Source of the DNA: a virus
Reading direction: 5' to 3' (one strand)
Virus record (IMG/VR): IMGVR_UViG_3300033571_012928
Span: 2,586 to 66,585 of that record
DNA length: 64,000 nt
Positions within the stretch are counted from its first letter, which is position 1, and the number at the start of each line of letters is the position of its first letter. Below are positions 1 to 9,397 of the stretch, one piece after another. The position numbers and the translations under genes are program-made. The notes under the pieces were generated by a model. That model saw nothing but the letters and a program-made list of their open reading frames with translations. It made no database searches and was not told the DNA's origin.

Positions 1-15
1 ATCAACAGGAAAGTA

Positions 16-1317
16 ATGATAAACATAGATAACATATTGAATGAATGGTCTTTTAGATGTAAGAAAGGTTATCCCGATCTTAACAATCCTGAGGACTTAA
101 AAATACTTAAAGAGGTAATGGCGGAAATGAACGTATCATTTCCATCAGCATTACCAACAGAAGAAGAACTATTAGAATTTGATGCATTAGTAGACGATGG
201 ATTAGAATTTCTTGAAGAAGATGAATTCTATGACATATCAAATGCATTAGTTGAGTCTCAACTATTAACAGAGGAAGCTGATATATCAGTTGATGAATTA
301 GTTAATTTGATTAAAACAAAACAACTACCTCAAAATCTACTAAACAAAATAGAAACTATGATTACAGCTTCTGATTCAGAAACATCTGTATATAATTTTC
401 TAGTAGATTCTGTTAAGTTATCTCCTAAGACATCTAAATACATAATCAATCAGGCTATTAATTACAGATGTTATCGTAAGTTAAATGAAATGGCATCTGA
501 TCCTGATAATCGTTTACCATTATCAGATTTAGGTACACAAGGTAATTTACTTGAAAAGATTCAACCATTAGGATTACCAGTAGACTTTATCAAAGACATT
601 TGGACAATCAAAGAACCTAAGTCAGGTGTAGCAGCAGGTGCAGGAGAAGTATGTTATCAATTAGTATTACGAGATGGTTATTCTCCTAAAAAAGGAGATT
701 TGGGAGTTGGTAGTATTGAATTTGAAGTTAAAACAACTACTAAATCAGGAACAAAAGAAACCGGATTTAGATTAAGAGGTCAAAATGGATATGGAATTGG
801 TAACAAGTCGGGTATCTATGTATTTAAAAAGATTGCAGATTTAGCATATGAAGTAGGAGTAAAGTTACCGCCAGAAGCTTCAGGTGATAGATCACAATTA
901 TATTTGAAAGCATCTGATTCAGTAGCTGATGGATTCTTCGTACAATTAGTTGAAAAAGGAATTACTTTAAAACAAATTGCAGAGATATATGCAGATTCTT
1001 TATTACAGGTATATACACAAGGTAATAAAACTCAATTAGTAGGTATAGTCGAAGATTCATTAGAACCTGATGGTAAATTGAACATGGAAGTGTTTTTACC
1101 TAAATTAGCTGCATTTGAATTTCAATATTACAATTCAATTGAGAATTGGGAAAAGTTCTTAACTACAAATGGTAACTTTGACTATATTATTTTAGACTCT
1201 GGATTATCATTTGGTACATTAGAAAACTTAATGAAGACCAGATTCTTTATAACACCGCCAAATACAAAGTCAAATGCAACTCCGCAAGATTCTCTTTGCT
1301 CATTAAGATTAAAATAA
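16..1317 (+). CDS. hypothetical protein (433 aa)
   Basis: Long uninterrupted ORF followed by a perfect hairpin; no recognisable catalytic motif. Confidence 0.6.
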   Translation: MINIDNILNEWSFRCKKGYPDLNNPEDLKILKEVMAEMNVSFPSALPTEEELLEFDALVDDGLEFLEEDEFYDISNALVESQLLTEEADISVDELVNLIKTKQLPQNLLNKIETMITASDSETSVYNFLVDSVKLSPKTSKYIINQAINYRCYRKLNEMASDPDNRLPLSDLGTQGNLLEKIQPLGLPVDFIKDIWTIKEPKSGVAAGAGEVCYQLVLRDGYSPKKGDLGVGSIEFEVKTTTKSGTKETGFRLRGQNGYGIGNKSGIYVFKKIADLAYEVGVKLPPEASGDRSQLYLKASDSVADGFFVQLVEKGITLKQIAEIYADSLLQVYTQGNKTQLVGIVEDSLEPDGKLNMEVFLPKLAAFEFQYYNSIENWEKFLTTNGNFDYIILDSGLSFGTLENLMKTRFFITPPNTKSNATPQDSLCSLRLK

Positions 1318-1329
1318 AAAAGATTTAAG

Positions 1330-1364
1330 AGCTCCCGAAATTTTCGGGAGTTCCTACTATTTAT
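1330..1364 (+). terminator. putative intrinsic terminator hairpin
   Basis: Perfect palindrome CTCCCGAAAA/TTTTCGGGAG straight after the ORF1 stop, followed by a T-rich tract. Confidence 0.5.
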
Positions 1365-1369
1365 ATGTA

Positions 1370-1426
1370 CAATTTGGAAATACGAATAATTGTACTTATA
1401 TTATGTAAAAGATAGAAAATTAAGTT
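1370..1426 (+). promoter_or_regulatory. class-A phage promoter-like element (TTGGAAATACGAA ... TATATTAT)
   Basis: Shares TTGGAAATACGAA plus an AT-rich -7-like box with elements at 6039, 14546, 19394, 50228 and 57900; sits directly upstream of the ATG. Confidence 0.45.
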
Positions 1427-1729
1427 ATGCCAATTGCGAAAAAGACAACTACTACAAAAGTAACAAAGCCAAAAGCAACTCCGAAACCAAAGAATGATAA
1501 TATAGCTTCATTCGTAGATGAGGTAACTCCGGTACCTGTAATTGTTAATGAAAATTACTTAGACATGACTAATCTCAGAACCTTTCTTTTAAAGGCCACT
1601 GATGAACAAAAAGCATGGGTTCAACAAATGGTTGATATTACATTATCAACTAACAAGCAAGAAGAATTTTTATCATTAGGTGAAAAGATTGCAATGAATT
1701 CATTAAGAAAGTTAAATATTCTTGTTTAA
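1427..1729 (+). CDS. hypothetical Lys/Thr-rich protein, possible DNA-binding
   Basis: N-terminus KKTTTTKVTKPKATPKPK is a basic low-complexity tail; sits behind a promoter-like motif. Confidence 0.55.
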   Translation: MPIAKKTTTTKVTKPKATPKPKNDNIASFVDEVTPVPVIVNENYLDMTNLRTFLLKATDEQKAWVQQMVDITLSTNKQEEFLSLGEKIAMNSLRKLNILV

Positions 1730-1757
1730 TTGAAAAAAAGTTATTATATTAAGTAAT

Positions 1758-1913
1758 ATGAATCATCCAGATCCTAAACTACATCAAGCTACTAGCTTTA
1801 TCAAATCATTTATTCGATTAGTTGGATATGCATTTTTACCTATAGACTTAACAGGTGCTATGTGGATTTTATTATTAAGTGAAGGTGTTGGTATTATTGA
1901 AGAATTAGTATAA
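1758..1913 (+). CDS. small hydrophobic protein (51 aa)
   Basis: Not in the ORF track because it is under 60 aa. ATG lies 8 nt after a TTATTATATTAAGTAAT promoter box; hydrophobic C-terminal half. Confidence 0.35.
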   Translation: MNHPDPKLHQATSFIKSFIRLVGYAFLPIDLTGAMWILLLSEGVGIIEELV

Positions 1914-1914
1914 T

Positions 1915-2382
1915 ATGAAAAAATTTCAATCAACAAAATTATTTGACGGCTACTCAGCTTGTTTTCGTCAATGGAAAGCAGAAGGTACTCATTGTAAATT
2001 CTTACATGGATATGCAGTAAGTTTTAGAGTATGGTTTGAAGGCGAATTAGATCACCGAAATTGGGTATTTGATTTCGGCGGAATGAAAAGAGCAAAAAAT
2101 ACAATACACGGTATGATGCCTAAAGATTACTTTGCATACTTATTAGATCACACTACAATTGTTGCTCAGGATGATCCGTACTTGGATATGTTTAAACAAA
2201 TGGATAGCGATGGTATTATTCAATTAAGAATCTTGGATAATGTAGGTTGCGAAAAGTTTGCCGAGCATTTATATACAACTATCAATGACTTTTTAGTTTT
2301 AGAAACTGAAGGTAGAGTAAAAGCTACTAGAGTAGAAGTATACGAACATGAAAGAAATTCAGCTAGCTATTCAGAACAATGA
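1915..2382 (+). CDS. 6-pyruvoyl-tetrahydropterin synthase / QueD-family protein
   Basis: HCKFLHGY corresponds to the Cx3HGH Zn-binding motif (E. coli QueD HKCGRLHGHSF); NWVFDFGGMK resembles GWIIDFAELK. Confidence 0.65.
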   Translation: MKKFQSTKLFDGYSACFRQWKAEGTHCKFLHGYAVSFRVWFEGELDHRNWVFDFGGMKRAKNTIHGMMPKDYFAYLLDHTTIVAQDDPYLDMFKQMDSDGIIQLRILDNVGCEKFAEHLYTTINDFLVLETEGRVKATRVEVYEHERNSASYSEQ

Positions 2383-2633
2383 GTGAGACATTATTTGCAA
2401 ATGGATTTGACGAAGCTATCATAGGATTAGATACATCTGATGAAGTATTTCGTGTAATATATGATAGACAAAAGATGGCAGATATTCTTGTAGAAAGAGA
2501 TGAAATGTCATCTGATGAAGCTTGGGATTATTTAGAATATAATGTATTTAATGCATATGTAGGTGATGGCACGCCAATATATGCATATGAAGGAGATCAT
2601 GAAAGAATTTTAGAATTAATGTCACAACTATAA
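2379..2633 (+). CDS. hypothetical protein
   Basis: ORF translationally coupled (ATGA overlap) to the upstream gene. Confidence 0.5.
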   Translation: MSETLFANGFDEAIIGLDTSDEVFRVIYDRQKMADILVERDEMSSDEAWDYLEYNVFNAYVGDGTPIYAYEGDHERILELMSQL

Positions 2634-2762
2634 CATGAAAACAGTAAAAAATAAAAACGGAGAAATCAAAAGATTGAGCGACAAAGAAGCTCAAAAGTTA
2701 GTATCACAAAAGCATTTAGGATGGAACTATTGTGCTAAGTCAGAATTTAAAAATCAAAACAA

Positions 2763-3011
2763 ATGAGAAAGTTCTTATACTTTAGTGCACCATGGTGTGG
2801 TCCATGTAGAATGTTCGGTCCTGTAATGGATGAACTCGGCGAGACAATGCCAGTTGAAAAGATTAGTATTGATGAAAATACAGACTTAACTAATCAATAT
2901 GGTATTCATTCTATACCAACTGTAGTATTAGTAGAAAACGAAGCTGAGATTTGGAGAAATGTAGGTGTAACATCAAAAGCAGCATTAATTGAAGCATATA
3001 ATGGAAAATAA
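2763..3011 (+). CDS. thioredoxin-like protein
   Basis: WCGPC active-site motif in FSAPWCGPCRMF; ~80 aa Trx fold length. Confidence 0.8.
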   Translation: MRKFLYFSAPWCGPCRMFGPVMDELGETMPVEKISIDENTDLTNQYGIHSIPTVVLVENEAEIWRNVGVTSKAALIEAYNGK

Positions 3012-3786
3012 AAAACCAGGTCGTATTGCCGACTATAGCAAAAAATTACCTATTTTAGAAATTTATACCTGCGTTCAATCCGAAGGTTCTAGACAAGGTA
3101 GACCTACCGTAGCAATTCGTGTTACTGGTTGTACTCATAGATGTTGGTTTGGAGAAGGCGGATGGTGCGATTCTTGGTATACTAGTATTCATCCTGAAAA
3201 AGGAATTTATTGTTTCATTGACATTATTAAGATCTATGACGAAAATCCACATATTACAGAAATGATGTTAACAGGTGGATCTCCTACAATGGTACCAGAT
3301 CTAGTAAATGAATTGACTCATTTTTGTCATGAACGTGAGATTATAATGACAATTGAAACAGAAGGTAGTCATTTTATTCAAACTGATTATCCAATTGATT
3401 TGATTAGTTTATCACCTAAATTTACAAATTCAATTCCTAAGTTAGGTGTATTGACTCCAATAGGTAAAGAAGTAGATCAAAAAATGATTGATCAACATAA
3501 CAAGTTTAGGTTGAATTATTCAGCTATCATTGAAACACTTAAGTATCATAAAGACTATCATTATAAGCCAGTATGGGATGGTACAGAGAATGGTCTAAAA
3601 GAAATTGAAGATTTTAGAAGTTTAATGAACATTCCTAAAAGTAAAACATGGTTAATGCCTGCGGGAGATACTAGAGAAACATTAGTTGAAATGTATCCTA
3701 AGTCAATTGAAATTTGTATGAAAATGGGTTACAATTGGACCGGTAGGGATCACATTATAGCCTATGACACTCGCCGAGCTGTTTAA
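2989..3786 (+). CDS. queE: 7-carboxy-7-deazaguanine synthase (QueE)-like radical SAM protein
   Basis: N-terminus LPILEIYTCVQSEGSRQGRPTVAIRVTGC parallels B. subtilis QueE IPVLEIFGPTIQGEG...FVRTAGC; Cys cluster C-THR-C...W-CDS. Confidence 0.65.
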   Translation: MKHIMENKKPGRIADYSKKLPILEIYTCVQSEGSRQGRPTVAIRVTGCTHRCWFGEGGWCDSWYTSIHPEKGIYCFIDIIKIYDENPHITEMMLTGGSPTMVPDLVNELTHFCHEREIIMTIETEGSHFIQTDYPIDLISLSPKFTNSIPKLGVLTPIGKEVDQKMIDQHNKFRLNYSAIIETLKYHKDYHYKPVWDGTENGLKEIEDFRSLMNIPKSKTWLMPAGDTRETLVEMYPKSIEICMKMGYNWTGRDHIIAYDTRRAV

Positions 3787-3838
3787 ACAGCATTAGATAC
3801 CAAACGAATTATATAACTACATAATATTTATAAATGTT

Positions 3839-4531
3839 ATGAGTTATATAAGAACCGAAAAGATTAATGGCAAGTACAAGTTCGTACATAGTCGTACATG
3901 TGATATATGCGGAAATGTATATGAAACTTTAAAAGGCAATAAAACTACAATACAATCTAAATTTAATGTATGTAGTCAACAATGTCGTAAACAGTACTAT
4001 AAGCAGACTTCATATAAAAGTATAACATGTATGAATTGTAATACAGAATTAATAGTATATAAATCAAATACTAATAAATTCTGTTCGCATACATGTTATA
4101 CTACATATGCACATAATCATCCTAGTGAATTCGGATTAACCGAACGAGCATATAATATGCATGCTAAGATGGATAAAGATGCGGCTACTAAAAAGATGTT
4201 AGCTACAAAAAAATCAAAAGGATTAATATTACATTCATTAACTGATCAAAACTTAGATTGGACGAAATATTGGAAAGTATGTAATTATTATACACGTAAG
4301 ATGCGACGAGTTATGATAGATACATGGGATGGATATGATTATATTGATGGCGAATATATTAAAGACTACTTATCATTACATTATAGTGATAAGCAATACC
4401 CGACATTAGATCATATTAAGCCTAGAAGTATATGTTTTAAAGAGGGCATGACAGTTTTAGAATGTTGCGACATAACAAACTTAGCATGGACTAAACGAAT
4501 AAATAATAGTAAAAAGTATAATAAATTCTAG
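3839..4531 (+). CDS. HNH homing endonuclease with Cys-rich zinc-finger region
   Basis: C-terminal LDHIKP...NLAWTKRINNSK is an HNH motif; several CxxC pairs. Confidence 0.65.
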   Translation: MSYIRTEKINGKYKFVHSRTCDICGNVYETLKGNKTTIQSKFNVCSQQCRKQYYKQTSYKSITCMNCNTELIVYKSNTNKFCSHTCYTTYAHNHPSEFGLTERAYNMHAKMDKDAATKKMLATKKSKGLILHSLTDQNLDWTKYWKVCNYYTRKMRRVMIDTWDGYDYIDGEYIKDYLSLHYSDKQYPTLDHIKPRSICFKEGMTVLECCDITNLAWTKRINNSKKYNKF

Positions 4532-4564
4532 GATTTATAAAAAAAAGATATTATATTAATCATT

Positions 4565-4945
4565 ATGAAGAAGTTATTAGTAACTTTATTTGCTTTAGTT
4601 TGTGTCAATATACTAAGTGCACAAATGTTTTTACGAGCAAGTGGATTAGTCATTGGTACTAAGTCACAATATACAACAGCGGTTAACTGGGGAGATGCAA
4701 AGCCTGTAGATATTTTAATTAAGGTAGAAGAAAACAAAGTAACTATTTTTAGTAAAACTACTCAGGTATATCGAAAGATTAGTTTATCGAGTAAAACAGA
4801 TTTAGCTAGTACTTATTACTGTAGTGATGCAACTGGAGGTAATTGTAACTTAACAATATTTGCAACATTAGATACTCCAGGTGCAGTTTATTTGCACGTC
4901 GAATACAGTGATATGGTATGGATGTATGTAGCAAAAGTAGAATAA
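4565..4945 (+). CDS. secreted/lipoprotein-like small protein
   Basis: N-terminal signal peptide MKKLLVTLFALVCVNILSAQ. Confidence 0.55.
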   Translation: MKKLLVTLFALVCVNILSAQMFLRASGLVIGTKSQYTTAVNWGDAKPVDILIKVEENKVTIFSKTTQVYRKISLSSKTDLASTYYCSDATGGNCNLTIFATLDTPGAVYLHVEYSDMVWMYVAKVE

Positions 4946-4946
4946 C

Positions 4947-5342
4947 ATGAATTTATTATCAACACACCCAGTTAAAAAATTAGATTTAGGATTCCACGGT
5001 AATTTATTCGGAGGTAAATTACTTTCATGGGTAGACGCTGCGGTATCAGCTTATGCAATGGAAAAGTGCAGAACACAAAATATGATTACTGTAGCAATCG
5101 ACGAATGTGTGTTTAAGAAGCCAGCTAAAGAAAAAAACTTAGTTAAAATCTACGCAGAAATGACTAAGGTAGGTAATACATCAGCTACCTTTAAAGTAGA
5201 GGCAAGAGCATATAATGTATTTAGAGGAGATGAAGTTCTTTTGTTAGCTACGAACATGACATTTGTTAGAGTAGATGATGAAGGAGTTCCTATTTCAATT
5301 TCACAATCAGTTAAAGATCAGTTTAACAAACCAAAAAAATAA
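4947..5342 (+). CDS. hotdog-fold acyl-CoA thioesterase-like protein
   Basis: LDLGFHGNLFGGKLLSWVDAAVSAYAM...TFKVEA pattern typical of 4HBT/YbgC hotdog thioesterases. Confidence 0.6.
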   Translation: MNLLSTHPVKKLDLGFHGNLFGGKLLSWVDAAVSAYAMEKCRTQNMITVAIDECVFKKPAKEKNLVKIYAEMTKVGNTSATFKVEARAYNVFRGDEVLLLATNMTFVRVDDEGVPISISQSVKDQFNKPKK

Positions 5343-5343
5343 T

Positions 5344-5718
5344 ATGTACGCGACATCAAATTCAACATTAGTAGCATCAGGCTTAACCGGAACTAACATT
5401 ACCAGTATTAACGGTACCGGAATAAGCGGTTTTACTACCAGTTCACCATCTACTACTATTAGTGGTAATTTATTAGTAGACAGTTTATCGATTTCACCAA
5501 AAAACACAAACAAATCAATTATGCAAAACAAAGTAGCAGTTTTCAAAGTAACAAGAGACGAAGACGAAAAAGTCGTTAAAACACAATTTCTAAAAGAAAT
5601 GTGGGTAGAAACCAAAAACGGACAATCAGTAGATTTCCAAGTAGCTAGAGACAAAGATTTAGCTGATTATGAAATGTCTGATTTAGTTATTAAAACAATT
5701 TTATCAGTATCATTTTAA
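5344..5718 (+). CDS. hypothetical protein (start moved to ATG 5344)
   Basis: The track ORF 5275.. overlaps the upstream gene; the in-frame ATG at 5344 immediately follows the upstream stop. Confidence 0.5.
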   Translation: MYATSNSTLVASGLTGTNITSINGTGISGFTTSSPSTTISGNLLVDSLSISPKNTNKSIMQNKVAVFKVTRDEDEKVVKTQFLKEMWVETKNGQSVDFQVARDKDLADYEMSDLVIKTILSVSF

Positions 5719-6038
5719 TGTCAGAAAAGAATCGTTTTGCAAAGCCATTAGGTGACCGAGTGTTACTTAAGAAGCCGCAGGATAATGAACAAGAAGAGAA
5801 AACAGCCTCAGGGATTTATATTCCTGAGACTGTATCTCATGAAAAAGTTCAATACACAACTGTAGTAGCTGTAGGCGAGGGATTGTTTACTCAAAACGGA
5901 GTTCCAATTCCAATGTCAGTTAAAGTAGGTGATACTGTTATTATTCCTCCATATCACCAAGGGCAAGGAGTTAAAATGGAAGGCGAAGATTATATAATCT
6001 TACGTGAGTCAGAAATTTTAATGGTTGTTCGAAATTAA
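5718..6038 (+). CDS. GroES-like co-chaperonin (Cpn10 / T4 gp31 analogue)
   Basis: KPLGDRVLLK...EEKTASGIYIP...TVVAVGEG...VKVGDTVII...GEDYIILRESEILMVV aligns with GroES along its full length. Confidence 0.85.
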   Translation: MSEKNRFAKPLGDRVLLKKPQDNEQEEKTASGIYIPETVSHEKVQYTTVVAVGEGLFTQNGVPIPMSVKVGDTVIIPPYHQGQGVKMEGEDYIILRESEILMVVRN

Positions 6039-6077
6039 TTTGGAATTCTGAAAAATAGATCTTATATTAATAGTATG
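6039..6077 (+). promoter_or_regulatory. class-A promoter-like element
   Basis: TTTGGAATTCTGAAAAATAGATCTTATATTAATAGT immediately upstream of the folE-like start. Confidence 0.4.
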
Positions 6078-6716
6078 AAAGAATTGCTTAAGTATGCAAA
6101 TTGGTCTATTCCTAGATCAGACGAAGAGAAAAAGCACATGATTGAAAATGCTGCTTTACACTATGGTAACTACATGACAGCGTTAGGTATTGATTGGGAG
6201 AATGATCCTAATTCATCTGATACTCCGATGCGTGTAGCAAAAGCATTTGTAAATGATTTAGCACAAGGATGTTATACAGATGCTCCTAAAATTACAGCAT
6301 TTGATAACTTAGATGGGTATGACGGTATTGTATTTCAAGGTAATATCGATGTTAAGTCGTTTTGCAGTCATCATCATTTGCCGTTTGTAGGACATGCACA
6401 TGTAGCTTATATTCCATCTAAAGAAGGCAAAGTAATAGGATTGTCAAAATTAAATAGAATTGTAGAATACTTTGCTCGTAGACCTCAAGTGCAAGAAAAT
6501 TTGACTATGCAAATTCATGATTACATTAATAGTGTATGTGAGGGTAATGCAGGTGTAGCAGTAATGGTTGAGGCTAATCATATGTGTGCCTGTGTAAGAG
6601 GAGTTCGTCATGATTCAACAATGATGACATCTAAAATGTCAGGTGCGTTTAAAGAAGATGGAAATGCTCGTTCAGAGTTCTATAAGTTTGTAGAAAAATT
6701 AGATAGAAACAAATAA
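6075..6716 (+). CDS. folE: GTP cyclohydrolase I
   Basis: [18 protein letters not shown] and ...MCACVRG... are diagnostic FolE Zn-binding and active-site segments. Confidence 0.9.
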   Translation: MKELLKYANWSIPRSDEEKKHMIENAALHYGNYMTALGIDWENDPNSSDTPMRVAKAFVNDLAQGCYTDAPKITAFDNLDGYDGIVFQGNIDVKSFCSHHHLPFVGHAHVAYIPSKEGKVIGLSKLNRIVEYFARRPQVQENLTMQIHDYINSVCEGNAGVAVMVEANHMCACVRGVRHDSTMMTSKMSGAFKEDGNARSEFYKFVEKLDRNK

Positions 6717-7042
6717 TGGACGATATAGAAAGACGAGCTGAAATGTTTTCTATGATTGTAGATAAACTCGAAGGTAAAGACATTGTAGATAATATCTACC
6801 ATATGATTACTACATACGGTATTCCAGCAATAGCCGATGAAGAGTTTTTGATTGCATCATTAATGAAAGTATATTTAGATGCCGAAGAATATGAAAAATG
6901 TAGTATCCTTCAAAAGGGAGACTTTAAACGAAATGTATCATATGATTCGCTCGAAGACCTAGACGAAGAAACTTCAGCTGAAGACATTAAGTATTTAGTA
7001 CTTATGGGCTTTATTAAATCAATTAACATTACAACCTTATAA
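6716..7042 (+). CDS. hypothetical acidic protein
   Basis: ORF translationally coupled to folE. Confidence 0.5.
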   Translation: MDDIERRAEMFSMIVDKLEGKDIVDNIYHMITTYGIPAIADEEFLIASLMKVYLDAEEYEKCSILQKGDFKRNVSYDSLEDLDEETSAEDIKYLVLMGFIKSINITTL

Positions 7043-7046
7043 TTAA

Positions 7047-7463
7047 ATGTACGGAAAAAACGTTTGGTATGGAAGAGAAGTAGAAGGCAGATTGTCTGAT
7101 CTTCAAACGGTATTTGTCAGAAAAGGTGATTTACCTTTAGATCATGTAGAATACCCTCACATCTATTTTACAATTGAATACATAGCCGATTGTTGTAAAA
7201 ACAATCAATGGACAATTATTCATAAACTTTTAGAAACTAAAAAAATAGTTACTATTGAAGCTAACGCTGAAGTATTTGAAAAGATACCTCAGTCAGTATT
7301 TAACAGAGTTCATATTCTATATAGAATACAAGATCCTTTCTTTGAAAGACTGAAAAAGACAGATACATTGTCTATTGATGCGGGTTGGTATCGTTGTCAT
7401 CAAATCATGAAATGCAATTTGCAACAAATTGTACCAGATGATTATAAATTTGATTATCTATGA
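7047..7463 (+). CDS. hypothetical protein (weak PTPS-like H..YFT segment)
   Basis: ORF directly preceding GT-B-like paralog A. Confidence 0.45.
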   Translation: MYGKNVWYGREVEGRLSDLQTVFVRKGDLPLDHVEYPHIYFTIEYIADCCKNNQWTIIHKLLETKKIVTIEANAEVFEKIPQSVFNRVHILYRIQDPFFERLKKTDTLSIDAGWYRCHQIMKCNLQQIVPDDYKFDYL

Positions 7464-8497
7464 GCACAATCTATATAGTAGAACTAGAACCAATTGAAAG
7501 TAGATATACTGGAGAATGGAAGACACATGTACCTCAGATTATCAAAGAAGAAATTACAAAAAGAAACTTAGACACTAAACTAGTAGTAATTTCAGGTACG
7601 AATAAAATACCTAAAGCAACTACCCCAGGTGCATTTATTAACTTTGGTGGTACTAACATGTATAAGTCATCTCAGGCAATGGCAATAGCTGAGATGTTTA
7701 CATTAGGTAAAATTCAGCCCGGAGATAAGTTTTTGTATACTGATGCATGGAATCCTACAATTCTTCAAATCAAGTATATGTCTCAATTATTACAAATTCC
7801 AGTTGAGATACATGGTTTATGGCATGCAGGTAGTTACGATCCAAATGACTTTTTAGGTAGATTAATGTCTGATGAAAAATGGGTTAAATCAACCGAAGAA
7901 GCATTAGCATATGCTATTGATAAGAACTATTTCGCAACTAGTTATCATTGGAATATATTTCCTCACGTAGCTCCAGAGCAAACACAAATTGTAGGATGGC
8001 CGATGGAGTATTTAAAAGATACAATCTATGAGGTTGATAAAGTAGAAGACATTATTCTTTTTCCTCATAGAATATCAGTTGAAAAACAACCTGAACTATT
8101 CAGAGAATTAGCTAAACGTAATCCACAATACAAATGGATTATGTGTCAAGAAGAAAACTTAACTAAAGCTGAGTATCATGATTTGTTGAGTAGAGCAAAA
8201 ATAGTATTCTCAGCTAATCTTCAAGAAACATTAGGTATATCATGTTATGAAGGAGCATTAGCAGGTGCGTTGCCATTAGTGCCAGATAGATTAAGTTATT
8301 CTGAAATGTATACAGATGCATTTATGTATCCAGATAGTGCTACGATCGAAGAAATTGAAAGTATAATTCATAATATGATGTCGACATATGCAACATATCA
8401 TAAGTATGCATTACCGACCCTGTTAAAAAAATTAGATCCGTTTTTCTCAAGTCAAGAATTAGTTAACAATTTATTAGAAAATGAAAATACTTTTTGA
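7460..8497 (+). CDS. putative GT-B-fold glycosyltransferase, paralog A
   Basis: C-terminal EGALAGALPLVPD resembles the GT1 Ex7E / G-x-P motif; clear paralogy with the ORF at 12316 (WNPTILQIKY...HGLWH vs WTTNIPQIKS...YGFWH). Confidence 0.5.
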   Translation: MSTIYIVELEPIESRYTGEWKTHVPQIIKEEITKRNLDTKLVVISGTNKIPKATTPGAFINFGGTNMYKSSQAMAIAEMFTLGKIQPGDKFLYTDAWNPTILQIKYMSQLLQIPVEIHGLWHAGSYDPNDFLGRLMSDEKWVKSTEEALAYAIDKNYFATSYHWNIFPHVAPEQTQIVGWPMEYLKDTIYEVDKVEDIILFPHRISVEKQPELFRELAKRNPQYKWIMCQEENLTKAEYHDLLSRAKIVFSANLQETLGISCYEGALAGALPLVPDRLSYSEMYTDAFMYPDSATIEEIESIIHNMMSTYATYHKYALPTLLKKLDPFFSSQELVNNLLENENTF

Positions 8498-8987
8498 TGA
8501 GTTCAAATTAGAAAGAGCCGTTGGTACATTAGGTAATGTACTTGAACAGTTCCATGTTAAAAAATACATGCACGAACCTGCAGTATTTATAGGAGTGCAA
8601 AACGGAAGCTTTATGTTTTTTGCTGACTTGGTTCGTAGAACAGGATTGCAAACACAAGTTGACTTTATACGAGTAAAATCATATAATGGAACTACACAAG
8701 GTGATATTAATATGATTTATGACATTGAAATGGACGTTGAGGGTAAAGTAGTATATGTAGTAGATGACATTATCGAATCAGGAAATACTATGAAGTTTTT
8801 ACTAGAACATTTCAAATCATTAGGGGCAAAGGATGTATATTCCGTTGCTCTATTACGAAGAAAAGAAACTACATTTAAAGTTGATTTTCATGCTTTAGAT
8901 GTAGAGCAGTCCGATTGGTTAATCGGATATGGTTTAGACGATGTAGACGGATTTTTTAGACATCATCCGCGAGTTTACATAAAATAA
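8481..8987 (+). CDS. purine (HGPRT-like) phosphoribosyltransferase
   Basis: VYVVDDIIESGNTMKF is the type-I PRTase PRPP-binding motif; 168 aa. Confidence 0.75.
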   Translation: MKILFDEFKLERAVGTLGNVLEQFHVKKYMHEPAVFIGVQNGSFMFFADLVRRTGLQTQVDFIRVKSYNGTTQGDINMIYDIEMDVEGKVVYVVDDIIESGNTMKFLLEHFKSLGAKDVYSVALLRRKETTFKVDFHALDVEQSDWLIGYGLDDVDGFFRHHPRVYIK

Positions 8988-9046
8988 TAGTTTGAATAGA
9001 TACTAGGCATATTTTTAAAACAATTTAACAAAAAAGGAGAAAAATT

Positions 9047-9331
9047 ATGGTAATTACATCATTTGTTTTAGGTATGCTTACAGTTATTGGTATTGCGCTA
9101 GTTATATTAGTAGTTTTAGGTATGGTTAAGATTTACAAACAAGCAGATCAAATTAGATCACTCGTACGAGACATCGAACTTACAAATTCTAATGCCGAAC
9201 AATGGATTAGAACACTAGAAGAAACAATGTGCAGAAACTTTGATGAGGTTCGAAGAGAATATTCATCATATGTTGATTCACGTATTGACAAACTACATAC
9301 CAAGACCAATAAGGAGGTCTTGAAAGGATAA
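9047..9331 (+). CDS. small membrane protein
   Basis: One N-terminal TM helix; unusually strong SD AAAAAGGAGAAAAATTATG. Confidence 0.55.
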   Translation: MVITSFVLGMLTVIGIALVILVVLGMVKIYKQADQIRSLVRDIELTNSNAEQWIRTLEETMCRNFDEVRREYSSYVDSRIDKLHTKTNKEVLKG

Positions 9332-9397
9332 TTTATTTTGCCTAGTATCTATCAAATTATTTTGATTTTACAGTTTTATTCATTATATTAATATTAC

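Noticed and set aside
3055-3252. Minus-strand ORFs (3055..3252, 4528..4737, 5307..5654, 11335..11559, 16482..16694, 17316..17528, 17617..17805, 18480..18758, 19810..20220, 20774..20971, 21712..21900, 22449..22649, 22782..23000, 23031..23213 and the later ones through 63559..63789)
   Set aside because: All are fully embedded in, and antisense to, long + strand genes with clear motifs. No promoter boxes precede them and their composition is low-complexity antisense-of-coding.
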